The translations under genes were made by a program, and so were the position numbers. A stretch of DNA of 64,000 nucleotides from Vicinamibacterales bacterium (lineage in GTDB: Bacteria > Acidobacteriota > Vicinamibacteria > Vicinamibacterales > 2-12-FULL-66-21): the NCBI GenBank assembly GCA_035492775.1, contig DATJIW010000082.1:6473-70472 (forward strand), read 5' to 3'. Below, piece by piece: positions 55,897 to 64,000 of this stretch. The notes below the pieces were generated by a model that worked only from the letters and a program-made list of their open reading frames with translations, was not told the DNA's origin and searched no databases. Every line of letters begins with the position of its first letter. The first letter of the stretch is position 1.

Positions 55897-57231
55897 ATGT
55901 CCGCCCACAACCGCATCGTCTGGTCTGAGGGGCTCTTCCTGCAGCCGCATCATTTCCAGCAGCAGGACCGCTATTTCGAGCGCTACGTCGAAACACGCTG
56001 CCAGTCGCTCGTGCCTTACAGCTGGGGAATCATCGAGGTCGAGTTCGAGCGCGACTTCCTGAAGATCGGGAAAGTCGGGCTGCGGCGTCTGACGGGGGTC
56101 TTTCCGGACGGCACGCCGTTCCGCATGCCGGACGACGACCCGCTGCCGGCGCCGATCGACATTCCAGCGGATCTGCGGGACCAGCGTCTGCATCTCGCCG
56201 TCCCGCTGCGCCGCGCCGGCGAGCTCGAATCCGCGCGGACGCCGTCGGCGGAAGATCTCGTGCGGCAGCAGATCCGCGAGTTTCAGGTCGCGAACATCGC
56301 CGCGTCGGGGGGCGAGCCCGCAACGCTCGAAGTCGGTGCGCTGCGCACGCGGCTGCTCGCGGAACGGGACGTCACCGAAGCGTACGCCACGATTCCGCTG
56401 GCGCACATCGTGGAGTGCCGCGCCGACCAGCAGGTCGTGCTCGACGATACGTTCATTCCGACCGTCCTGCACGTGCGATCGTCGACGCGGCTGGCGACGC
56501 TGGCAACCGAGCTGCTCGGGTTGTTCCACCAGCGCGGCGAAGCGCTCGGCGGCCGCGTGGCTGCGACGAGCCGCGGCGCCGCGTCGGAACTGGCCGACTT
56601 CCTGATGCTTCAGGTGATCAATCGGTGCGAGCCGCTGCTCGCGCATTTTGCCGACGCCGGCGCGATCCATCCGGAGGCGTTCTACCAGTTCTGCGTTGCC
56701 GCCGCGGGCGAGCTGACGACGTTCACGACCACGTCCAAGCGGACGCCGAAGTTTCCGGGCTACCGGCACGATCATTTGAAGGAGACGTTCGAACCCGTCA
56801 TCGCCTCGCTCCGCGAGTCCATGAGCAAGGTGATGACGCAGAACGCGATCCCCATCCCGCTCGAACCGCGCAAGTTCGGCATCAGCGTGGCCATCGTGCA
56901 GGACCGGTCGCTTCTCAGTTCGGCTGTCTTCATCCTTGCGGCCCGCGCGGACGGGCCCGCCGAGAACCTGCGCCAGCGTTTCCCGGCGCAGGTGAAGATC
57001 GCGCCGGCCGAGAAGATTGGCGACCTCGTGCGGCAGGGTCTTCCCGGCGTTCCCGTCGTTGCAATGCCGGTGGCGCCGCGTCAGATCCCGTATCACGCCG
57101 GCTACGCGTATTTCGAGCTCGATCAGACGCACGAACTCTGGGAGCAGCTGAAAGGATCGGGCGGCGTCGCGATCTATGTGTCCGGAGAATTCCCCGGACT
57201 GGCGATGGAGTTCTGGGCGATTCGCGGCTGA
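55897..57231 (+). CDS. tssK: Type VI secretion baseplate subunit TssK
   Basis: MSAHNRIVWSEGLFLQPHHFQQQDRYFERYVETRC is the hallmark TssK N-terminus. 444 aa. Confidence 0.9.
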   Translation: MSAHNRIVWSEGLFLQPHHFQQQDRYFERYVETRCQSLVPYSWGIIEVEFERDFLKIGKVGLRRLTGVFPDGTPFRMPDDDPLPAPIDIPADLRDQRLHLAVPLRRAGELESARTPSAEDLVRQQIREFQVANIAASGGEPATLEVGALRTRLLAERDVTEAYATIPLAHIVECRADQQVVLDDTFIPTVLHVRSSTRLATLATELLGLFHQRGEALGGRVAATSRGAASELADFLMLQVINRCEPLLAHFADAGAIHPEAFYQFCVAAAGELTTFTTTSKRTPKFPGYRHDHLKETFEPVIASLRESMSKVMTQNAIPIPLEPRKFGISVAIVQDRSLLSSAVFILAARADGPAENLRQRFPAQVKIAPAEKIGDLVRQGLPGVPVVAMPVAPRQIPYHAGYAYFELDQTHELWEQLKGSGGVAIYVSGEFPGLAMEFWAIRG

Positions 57232-57241
57232 AGGATTTTCC

Positions 57242-58552
57242 ATGGCGGACACCGACGATCCCTTCCTGCCGTCGGATCTCACGCACCGGCCGCGGCCGGG
57301 CGCGGGCCGCCGGGGTACGGCCGACACGGGGGTCGTCCGGCCCGTTGCCCATCGCGCAGCGGAAGTCGAGCCGATCTCCGACTCCGTTCGCGCGTCGATC
57401 GGACTCGGCCTCAACCCGCTCGTCCAGGCGGCGATTCCTCTTTTGCTCGTCGCGGGGCAGCTGCGCGGCGCGCCCGCGGCGATGGACGTCGGCGGTCTGC
57501 GCCGGCACGTGCTCGAGGAGATGCGCCGGTTCGAGGATCAGGCGCGCGCCTCGGGTGTCCGAAACGAGATCGTGCTTGCCGCGCGGTACGCGCTCTGTGC
57601 CGCTCTGGACGAGGCAGTGCTGTCGACTCCGTGGGGGGCGCAGAGCGAGTGGGCGCAGCACCCGATTCTCGTGGCGCTTCATCGCGAAGCCTGGGGCGGC
57701 GAAAAGTTCTTCGAGATGCTCAACCGCATCTCCGCGGATCCCGCGCGGCATCTCGACCTGCTCGAACTTCAGCACATCATTCTTTCGCTCGGATTCACGG
57801 GCAAGTATCAGCAAATCGACCGGGGGTACGAGCAGCTCTCGGACCTGCAGCGGGAGATCTCGCGGACCATCCACAAGTTTCGCGGCGCGCCGCCTCCGGA
57901 GCTGTCGATCAAGTGGCGCGGCCTGGAGGATCAGCGCAGTCGATTGATTCGGTACGTGCCCTGGTGGGTGGTCGCCGCCGCCGCTGTCGCCGTACTCGCC
58001 GTGACGTTTGTCGTCTATCAATCGCGTCTCGCCGCGCAGGCCGATCCGCTCCACGCGCGGCTGGCACAGGTCGGTCTCGAGGACTTCGCGGTGCCGCCGC
58101 CGCCCGCGCGCGTCAAAGGGCCGACGCTCAAGCAGCTGCTCGCGCCCGAAGAGGCGGCCGGGCGGCTCACCGTCGAGGAGAACGGCGGCCGAACGCTCAT
58201 CACGATGCCCGGCGGCGATCTCTTCGGCTCGGGGAGCGCCGACGTGAACCCCGGATACGAGCCGACGCTCGAGCGGATCGGCCAGGCGATCAACCAGGTG
58301 CCGGGCCGCGTGATGATCGTCGGGCACACCGATGACCAGCCGATCAAGTCGCTCAAGTTCCACGACAACTACGAGCTGTCGCGCGAGCGCGCCGTCAGCG
58401 TCGCGAACGTGCTGAAGAAGACGATCAGCAATCCGGCGCGTCTCGCATGGACCGGCGTCGGGCCGTCGCAGCCGAGATACCGTCCCGAGTCGGATCCGGC
58501 GAACCGCGCGCGCAACCGGCGCGTCGAGATCATCCATCTGGCTGGCGAATAA
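57242..58552 (+). CDS. tssL: Type VI secretion membrane subunit TssL (DotU) with C-terminal OmpA-like peptidoglycan-binding domain
   Basis: DotU region (NPLVQAAIPLLLVAGQLR...ARYALCAALDEAVLSTPWG...LELQHIILSLGFTGKY). A TM segment. Then GHTDDQPIKS...YELSRERAVSVANVL...NRARNRRVEI. Confidence 0.85.
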   Translation: MADTDDPFLPSDLTHRPRPGAGRRGTADTGVVRPVAHRAAEVEPISDSVRASIGLGLNPLVQAAIPLLLVAGQLRGAPAAMDVGGLRRHVLEEMRRFEDQARASGVRNEIVLAARYALCAALDEAVLSTPWGAQSEWAQHPILVALHREAWGGEKFFEMLNRISADPARHLDLLELQHIILSLGFTGKYQQIDRGYEQLSDLQREISRTIHKFRGAPPPELSIKWRGLEDQRSRLIRYVPWWVVAAAAVAVLAVTFVVYQSRLAAQADPLHARLAQVGLEDFAVPPPPARVKGPTLKQLLAPEEAAGRLTVEENGGRTLITMPGGDLFGSGSADVNPGYEPTLERIGQAINQVPGRVMIVGHTDDQPIKSLKFHDNYELSRERAVSVANVLKKTISNPARLAWTGVGPSQPRYRPESDPANRARNRRVEIIHLAGE

Positions 58553-58558
58553 GGACCC

Positions 58559-61500
58559 ATGTTCGCGTTCCTGAAGCGCAGCTTCGTCGTCATTGTCGGG
58601 TTCCTGCTCATCGCGGCGTTCATCTGGTTTGCCGGGCCGTATTTCGCGTTTGCCGACTACCATCCGCTCGATCCGCCGATGGTGCGGCTGGTGCTCATCG
58701 GCGTCGTCGTTGGTCTCTGGCTGACCTCGAAGTTGATCAAGCGTCTCCGCGCCTACCGCGCGGGCGACCGCCTGCTGGCGGCCGTCGCGGCGCAGCCGCA
58801 GCCCGAGACGCCGCGGACGCCCGCTGAAGTCGCCAAGCTGCGCGAGCGGTTCGAAGAGGCCGTCGGCGCGCTGAAACACCAGCAGCGTCAATCGGGCCAC
58901 AGCCTGTACGACCTTCCGTGGTACGTCATCATCGGCGCTCCCGGATCGGGAAAGACGACAGCCCTGCTCAACTCCGGCCTGAAGTTTCCGCTGGAGCAGC
59001 GCGTCGGGAAGGGCGCGCTGCGCGGCGTCGGCGGGACACGCAACTGCGACTGGTGGTTCACGGACGAAGCCGTGTTCCTCGACACCGCGGGCCGCTATAC
59101 GACGCAGGACTCCGATGCCGAGTCCGACAGTCTCGGTTGGAACGAGTTCCTGTCGCTGCTCCGGAAGTACCGCGCGCGGCGTCCGATCAACGGCGTGATC
59201 CTGACGATCAATGCGCAGGACCTGCTCGTGGGTGGTGCATCTGTACGCGAGGCGCACGTCGAGGCGGCGCGCCGCCGGCTCGAGGAGCTGAATCGGGAGC
59301 TGAAGATTCAGCTGCCGGTCTACGTCATGGTGACGAAGTGCGACCTCGTCGACGGCTTTGCTGAATACTTCGACGACCTGAAAGCCGAAGGGCGCGCGCA
59401 GGTGTGGGGCGTCACGTTTCCCTACGACCAGAGCGTGGCCAACGACGGCCCGCGCGCGTATCCGGCGGAGTTCGATGCGCTCATTGCCCGGCTCAACGAA
59501 CGTGTGCTCGACCGCATGGAGGAGGCGCGTGACACACGCCGGCGTACGCGGATCTTCGCGTTCCCGCAGCAGACGGCCACGCTGCGCGAGCCGTTGACGG
59601 AATGGATCACGGAAGTCTTCAGCGCGCGGGGCTTCGCCGGCCAGATCCTGCTCCGCGGCGTGTATTTCACGAGCGGCACACAGGAAGGCACGCCGATCGA
59701 TCGACTGCTTGGCAGCATCGGGCGCAGGTTCGGTGCGGCGGATGCGGTCATGGCCCCGCAGGGCCCGGGCAAGGCGTATTTCGTCGAGACACTTCTCAAG
59801 ACGGTGATGATCGGCGAGTCCGGCCTTGCAGGCATCAATCGCCGTCTGGAACTTCGTAAGGCGTCGGCGCTGCTTGGCGCGTACGTCGCCGCCGGACTGA
59901 TCGCGACTATCGGCGTCATCGCGCTCACGGTGAGCTACAACCACAACCGCCAGTATCTCGACGAGGCCGCGGCCGATATCGATACGTTCGAGCACACCGC
60001 ATCGGTGACGCCGGCGTCCCCGCTCGGCCTGATCGTGGCTCGGCTCGACGGCATTCGCAGCGTCGTCGATGGAGCGGATCGGTACGCGCAAACGACGGCG
60101 CTGCCGTTGCGGTGGGGACTGTATCAGGGACGCGCGATCGGCAACGCCGCGCGCGACGCGTACGTGCGCGAACTGGACAGCGTGCTGCTGCCACGGCTCG
60201 CGTCGCACATCCACGCGCGCATGGAACAGTACGCGTCGGACCCGCAAAAGCTGTATGTCTACCTCAAGGCATATCTCATGCTCGGCGAGCCGAAGCACCT
60301 GGACCGGGAATACCTCCAGCGGATCGCCGACGTCGAGTGGCGCCAGAATCCCGGCGACGCGGCGCTGGCGCCGGCCCTCGGGCAACATCTGAACGCACTG
60401 TTCGACAACGGCGGTACGCTCCGGCCGATCCCGCTCGACGCGACGCTCGTGACGCAGGCGCGCAACAGCATTCAGCAGACGTCGATGGCCAGGGTCTTGT
60501 ACGAAGACGTCAAGCGCGCCTACACGGATGACGCCGGCGTGGGATTGCGCCTCGATCAGGCCGCCGGAGTGGGCGCCGAGCGTGTGTTTACGCGGCGCAG
60601 CGGGCTGCCGATCTCGTCGCCTATTCCGGCGCTTTATACCCGCGACGTGTTCAAGCGTTTCGTCAAGGACGGCCGGGCGGAGCTGCTCACGCGACTCAAT
60701 AAAGACGCGTGGGTGTGGGGGCAGAGTTCGATTTCTGCCGCGGCCAGCTCCGGCACGCTCGTCTCCGGCGTCTCGAACCTCTACGAGCAGGACTACATCC
60801 ACGCGTGGGACGCGCTGCTCGACGACCTGCAGTTCGCATCGTTTCCGACGATCCCCCAGGCGAACGACGCCTTGCGGATCCTCGTCGCACCGACGTCGCC
60901 CCTGCGGGGCCTGCTGCGTGTCGTCGCCGACAACACGACCCTCGTGGAGCAGACGAACCCGTCGACGCCGACGGGAGTGATCGGTCAGACGAGGAAAAAG
61001 GTGACCGATACGCTGTCGGGTGTGCTGAAGCCGATCGAGAGCGCGGCCGGGATGCCCGCCGTCGAGCCGGGGATGCTCGTCACCGCGCATTTTCAATGGG
61101 CGAGGCAGCTGACCGCAGGCGAGGCGGGCAAGACACAGCTCGATTCGATCATCCAGTCGCTCGCGGCCATCCAGCAGCAGCTCGATGCGCTCGGTCCCGA
61201 TGTGGCCGGCGGCAGCCCTGTCGACATCCTCTCCAGTCCCTCGTTCCGGGCGCTCATGCAGACGCTGCGGGTGCAGTCGGAGGCATTGCCGCCGGGGCTT
61301 CGCACCCTGGTGTCCCAGATCGCGCAAGCGCCGGAGGATGTCGTGGTCGCGGGCGCGACCGAACAAATAGAGTCGCTGTACAACCAGCAGGTCGTGCCTG
61401 CGTGCACGAGCCTGATTGCGGGCAAGTACCCGTTTGCCAACTCGCCCGCGGATGTTCAACTGTCGGATTTCGGTGCGGTGTTCGGGTACGACGGTTTGTT

Positions 61501-62035
61501 CGACAAGTTCTTCGCCGACCATCTCGCGAAGCAAATCGACACGTCCGGCGCTACATGGACGTGGCGACCGGGATCGGTGAATCCGTCGCAGCGGCTTCTC
61601 GAACAGTTCCAGGCAGCCGACCGGATCCGTAAGATGTTCTTCCCGGCCGGTTCGAAAACGCCGTCGGTGAAGTTCTTCGTGACGTTCAGCGACGTCGACA
61701 GCACGGCGACGAGATTCGTGCTGCTGGTCGACGGACAGACCATGGACGACAAGCACCTCAAGCAGCAGGTCACATGGCCTGGTCCCACTCCCGGCAGCGC
61801 GTCGAGCGAGTGGGAGAGCCGTTATTACGACCCGATGAAAACATATGGCGGGCCGTGGGCTTGGTTCAGGATGGTCGACGACACCCGGATCGCGACGGCG
61901 GCGGATCCGGATCAGCGGATCGTGCTCAACATTCAGAACCGCTATCACCGGGTGCACGTGACCGTGGAACCGTCGACCGCGTCCGCAAACCCGTTCGTGT
62001 CCTGGGACTGGCGTCAATTCAGCTGCCAATCGTGA
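58559..62035 (+). CDS. tssM: Type VI secretion membrane subunit TssM (IcmF)
   Basis: 1158 aa. N-terminal TM helices. Walker A YVIIGAPGSGKTTALLNSGLKFPL. RNCDWWFTDEAVFLDTAGRY. IcmF-related C-terminal region. Confidence 0.9.
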   Translation: MFAFLKRSFVVIVGFLLIAAFIWFAGPYFAFADYHPLDPPMVRLVLIGVVVGLWLTSKLIKRLRAYRAGDRLLAAVAAQPQPETPRTPAEVAKLRERFEEAVGALKHQQRQSGHSLYDLPWYVIIGAPGSGKTTALLNSGLKFPLEQRVGKGALRGVGGTRNCDWWFTDEAVFLDTAGRYTTQDSDAESDSLGWNEFLSLLRKYRARRPINGVILTINAQDLLVGGASVREAHVEAARRRLEELNRELKIQLPVYVMVTKCDLVDGFAEYFDDLKAEGRAQVWGVTFPYDQSVANDGPRAYPAEFDALIARLNERVLDRMEEARDTRRRTRIFAFPQQTATLREPLTEWITEVFSARGFAGQILLRGVYFTSGTQEGTPIDRLLGSIGRRFGAADAVMAPQGPGKAYFVETLLKTVMIGESGLAGINRRLELRKASALLGAYVAAGLIATIGVIALTVSYNHNRQYLDEAAADIDTFEHTASVTPASPLGLIVARLDGIRSVVDGADRYAQTTALPLRWGLYQGRAIGNAARDAYVRELDSVLLPRLASHIHARMEQYASDPQKLYVYLKAYLMLGEPKHLDREYLQRIADVEWRQNPGDAALAPALGQHLNALFDNGGTLRPIPLDATLVTQARNSIQQTSMARVLYEDVKRAYTDDAGVGLRLDQAAGVGAERVFTRRSGLPISSPIPALYTRDVFKRFVKDGRAELLTRLNKDAWVWGQSSISAAASSGTLVSGVSNLYEQDYIHAWDALLDDLQFASFPTIPQANDALRILVAPTSPLRGLLRVVADNTTLVEQTNPSTPTGVIGQTRKKVTDTLSGVLKPIESAAGMPAVEPGMLVTAHFQWARQLTAGEAGKTQLDSIIQSLAAIQQQLDALGPDVAGGSPVDILSSPSFRALMQTLRVQSEALPPGLRTLVSQIAQAPEDVVVAGATEQIESLYNQQVVPACTSLIAGKYPFANSPADVQLSDFGAVFGYDGLFDKFFADHLAKQIDTSGATWTWRPGSVNPSQRLLEQFQAADRIRKMFFPAGSKTPSVKFFVTFSDVDSTATRFVLLVDGQTMDDKHLKQQVTWPGPTPGSASSEWESRYYDPMKTYGGPWAWFRMVDDTRIATAADPDQRIVLNIQNRYHRVHVTVEPSTASANPFVSWDWRQFSCQS

Positions 62036-62041
62036 GCGCTC

Positions 62042-63559
62042 ATGCAGATAGGCTTTTACGGCAAGCTGCCGAGCCACGGTGACTTCCTCCGGCGCCGCGT
62101 CTCCGACGCGTTCGTCGACGCCTGGGATGCCTGGCTTCGCGAGTGCCTCGCGGCGAGCCGCGCGGCGCTCGGGCCGCGGTGGCTCGACGTTTATCTGACC
62201 AGCCCCGCGTGGCGGTTCGCGTGTGCCGCCGGGGCCTGCGGTCCTGCGCCGCTCATCGGCGTGGTCGCGCCGAGCGTCGATCAGGTCGGCCGCTATTTCC
62301 CGCTGACACTCGTCGCCGAGCTGCCAGCCGACATCAACCTGGTCACCGCCGCGTCGACGTCCGAACGCTTCCTCGATGCGGCCGAGCGGCTCGTGATCGA
62401 AACCCTTGCGACCGAGCGCGTCGATTTCGACCGGTTCGATCGTGGCGTGCTGGCGCTCGAGCCGGAGCTGGCTTATGCAGCGGCGCCGCCGCCGCTCATC
62501 CTCGGGTCGGAGGCCACGGCGATCCTGACGGACAGTCCTCGCGCGTGGCACGTGCCGCTCGGCGCTTCGTCCGATATCACGCTCGCCTTCGAACAGCTCC
62601 TGTCGCTGCACCTCGAGGCGAAGTTCAGGCCGCTCGTCCTGTACTGGACGGACGGTTCAGCGGTCGTCGAACCGAGTTGTCTTGTGTTGAAGGGGCTGCC
62701 CGATCCATCCGGTTATGCGGCGCTGCTCGAAGGCTCGTGGCGCGTCCACCGGTGGCATTCGGTCCCGACTCACGTTGCCGACGTCCTCGACGAGCCCACG
62801 CTCGCGACCAACACCGAAGTGAGTCCCGGGCGCCTGTTTTTCCGATCTGCCGCGTCGACTGACGTCGGCCGCGCGCGGACGAACAACGAGGACAGCTACG
62901 TCGAACGCGCCGCCGTCGGCCTGTGGGCGGTCGCCGACGGCATGGGCGGGCACAGCCACGGCGAGGTGGCGAGCCGCATGGTGTGCGATGCCCTGACGGA
63001 TTTCGCGCTCGACGGCACGTTCGAAGAAGTCGTGGACGCAGCCGGGAAGCGGGTCCGCGACGTCAACGAATACCTGGTTCACGCGTCGCTGAACGCGGAT
63101 CCGTCCGAGCGGAGCGGCAGCACCGTCGTGATCCTGTTGTTACGAGGCGCGAAATCCGCCGTATTGTGGGCCGGAGACAGCCGCGTCTATCGTTTCCGGG
63201 GCGGCGTTCTGGAGCAGTTGACGCGGGATCACAGCCTGGCGGAACTCGAAGGTGCCGCCGCCAACGAATCGAGCGTCATCACGCGCGCCGTGGGCGTCGA
63301 GGCGGACCTCGAGCTGGACGTCCACCGCGACGGCGTCCTGCCGGAGGACCGTTTTCTCCTGTGTTCCGATGGACTTACACGGGTGCTCGCGCCTGAAGAA
63401 ATCACGGCCTGGATGAAGAACCCGGACATCGAACGGGCCGTCGACGGACTGATTCAGGCAACGCTGGACGCCGGAGCGCCGGACAACGTAACGGTCGTCA
63501 TCGCAGAGGCGGTTGGTGCTGGGAGCGCCGATGCCGTAGGGGTCGTGGCCGCGCCGTGA
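62042..63559 (+). CDS. tagF: TagF (DUF2094) fused to PP2C serine/threonine phosphatase (PppA-like)
   Basis: N-terminus MQIGFYGKLPSHGDFLRRRVSDAFVDAWDAWL (TagF). C-terminal half STDVGRARTNNEDSY...WAVADGMGGHSHGEVAS...LLCSDGL...DNVTVV (PP2C motifs). Confidence 0.8.
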   Translation: MQIGFYGKLPSHGDFLRRRVSDAFVDAWDAWLRECLAASRAALGPRWLDVYLTSPAWRFACAAGACGPAPLIGVVAPSVDQVGRYFPLTLVAELPADINLVTAASTSERFLDAAERLVIETLATERVDFDRFDRGVLALEPELAYAAAPPPLILGSEATAILTDSPRAWHVPLGASSDITLAFEQLLSLHLEAKFRPLVLYWTDGSAVVEPSCLVLKGLPDPSGYAALLEGSWRVHRWHSVPTHVADVLDEPTLATNTEVSPGRLFFRSAASTDVGRARTNNEDSYVERAAVGLWAVADGMGGHSHGEVASRMVCDALTDFALDGTFEEVVDAAGKRVRDVNEYLVHASLNADPSERSGSTVVILLLRGAKSAVLWAGDSRVYRFRGGVLEQLTRDHSLAELEGAAANESSVITRAVGVEADLELDVHRDGVLPEDRFLLCSDGLTRVLAPEEITAWMKNPDIERAVDGLIQATLDAGAPDNVTVVIAEAVGAGSADAVGVVAAP

Positions 63560-63571
63560 GCCTGCACCGCC

Positions 63572-63624
63572 CCTCAGAACCCCGCGGACGTCCCGCGGGA
63601 CCTGAGGCCGCGGCGCCCCTTTTT
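63572..63624 (+). terminator. Strong GC hairpin followed by a T5 run between tagF-pppA and tssA
   Basis: CCTCAG-aac-CCCGCGG-acgtc-CCGCGGG-ac-CTGAGG (63572-63607), then ggccgcggcgcccc-TTTTT (63620-63624). A TAGAAT (-10-like) follows at 63629-63634. Confidence 0.35.
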
Positions 63625-63674
63625 CAGGTAGAATGCGGCCTCCGCGGATCCTGGTGATGAGTGAAGGGTTATAA

Positions 63675-64000
63675 ATGAGCGCGCGGTGGGATGCGGAATC
63701 GCTGCTCCAGCCGCTTCCCGGCGAGCAGCCCTGCGGTCTGAACCTCGACGACACCGGTGGACTCGTCGCGCTGGATGCGCTGCGGCTGTTCGGTCAGACC
63801 CGCTCGCCGGAAGCGCCGCCCGATACCGACGATGCGGACAAGGAGGCAGCGAAAGCGAAGCCGCCCGTTGAATGGGGAAAGGTCCAGTCCGACGCCGTTG
63901 AGGGACTGGGCAAGAGCAAGGATCTCCGGCTGCTGGCCTATCTCGCCACGGCGGTCCTGCGAACCGAGGGATTGCCAGCCTTTACGAAAGTACTTGGCAC
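63675..64000 (+). CDS. tssA: Type VI secretion protein TssA (ImpA N-terminal domain), 3' end beyond the window
   Basis: My own translation from ATG 63675: MSARWDAESLLQPLPGEQPCGLNLDDTGGLVALDALRLF...KSKDLRLLAYLATAVLRTEG. This is an ImpA_N-type pattern. The frame is open to the window end, so it is absent from the ORF track. Confidence 0.7.
   Translation, partial: MSARWDAESLLQPLPGEQPCGLNLDDTGGLVALDALRLFGQTRSPEAPPDTDDADKEAAKAKPPVEWGKVQSDAVEGLGKSKDLRLLAYLATAVLRTEGLPAFTKVLG

Noticed and set aside
56930-62611. 1893 aa ORF on the minus strand spanning tssK-tssL-tssM-tagF
   Set aside because: It is entirely antisense to four genes with unmistakable T6SS motifs. Its translation is Arg/Pro/Gly/Asp-rich low-complexity sequence with no recognisable motif. 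This is the typical stop-free shadow frame of high-GC DNA.
1-64000. Genomic island / mobile element boundaries
   Set aside because: I saw no integrase, transposase, tRNA gene or long direct repeats. The AT-richer patches are short intergenic promoter or terminator regions, so I cannot support any mobile-element call.

Overview
High-GC bacterial chromosomal segment. The gene content points to Acidobacteriota: an ADOP-type duplicated orphan FtsX permease, two CadC-type winged-helix regulators fused to TolB/TPR sensor regions, a CarboxypepD_reg-type TonB-dependent receptor, and a structured nadA leader. This taxonomic call is inference only. I can support about 50 protein-coding genes. I found no rRNA, tRNA, CRISPR array, transposase or integrase. 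Most of the window (1-52 kb) is a mosaic of small operons: hydrolases and peptidases (tannase-like esterase, M28, M16, GH35 plus a second glycosidase-like protein), transport (TBDR, APC permease, ADOP permease), stress and repair (ogt, adaA-alkA fusion, AhpC/TSA, two DinB proteins, an MsrP/YedY-like Mo-enzyme with cytochrome b), NAD synthesis (nadA-nadC) and regulators (NarL-type two-component pair, HxlR). The right-hand 10 kb (54.1-64.0 kb) is the clearest system. It is a partial type VI secretion locus, tagH-tssK-tssL(OmpA-like C-terminus)-tssM-tagF::pppA-tssA, with no tssJ, and it runs off the window. The items most worth follow-up are listed here. (1) A small leaderless Tse1/Tae1-like NlpC/P60 amidase (35671-36219) is translationally coupled to an unrelated periplasmic protein, about 18 kb from the T6SS genes; this is a candidate orphan effector/immunity pair. 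(2) A three-gene operon, DinB / LmbE-type deacetylase / group II PLP decarboxylase, is joined by GTGA overlaps. (3) The nadA leader may be a class I NAD+ riboswitch. (4) A permease / split ThDP-decarboxylase / cyclase operon has no known partner enzymes nearby. (5) There are several unusual non-coding repeats: a heptamer VNTR, a roughly 120 bp G-tract array, a triple AT-rich palindrome and a TTGGGAATT array. (6) A 1-Cys peroxiredoxin has been reduced to a deletion remnant. The long ORFs antisense to real genes (up to 1893 aa) are treated as high-GC shadow ORFs. All family assignments come from motif recognition by eye; no database search was run.
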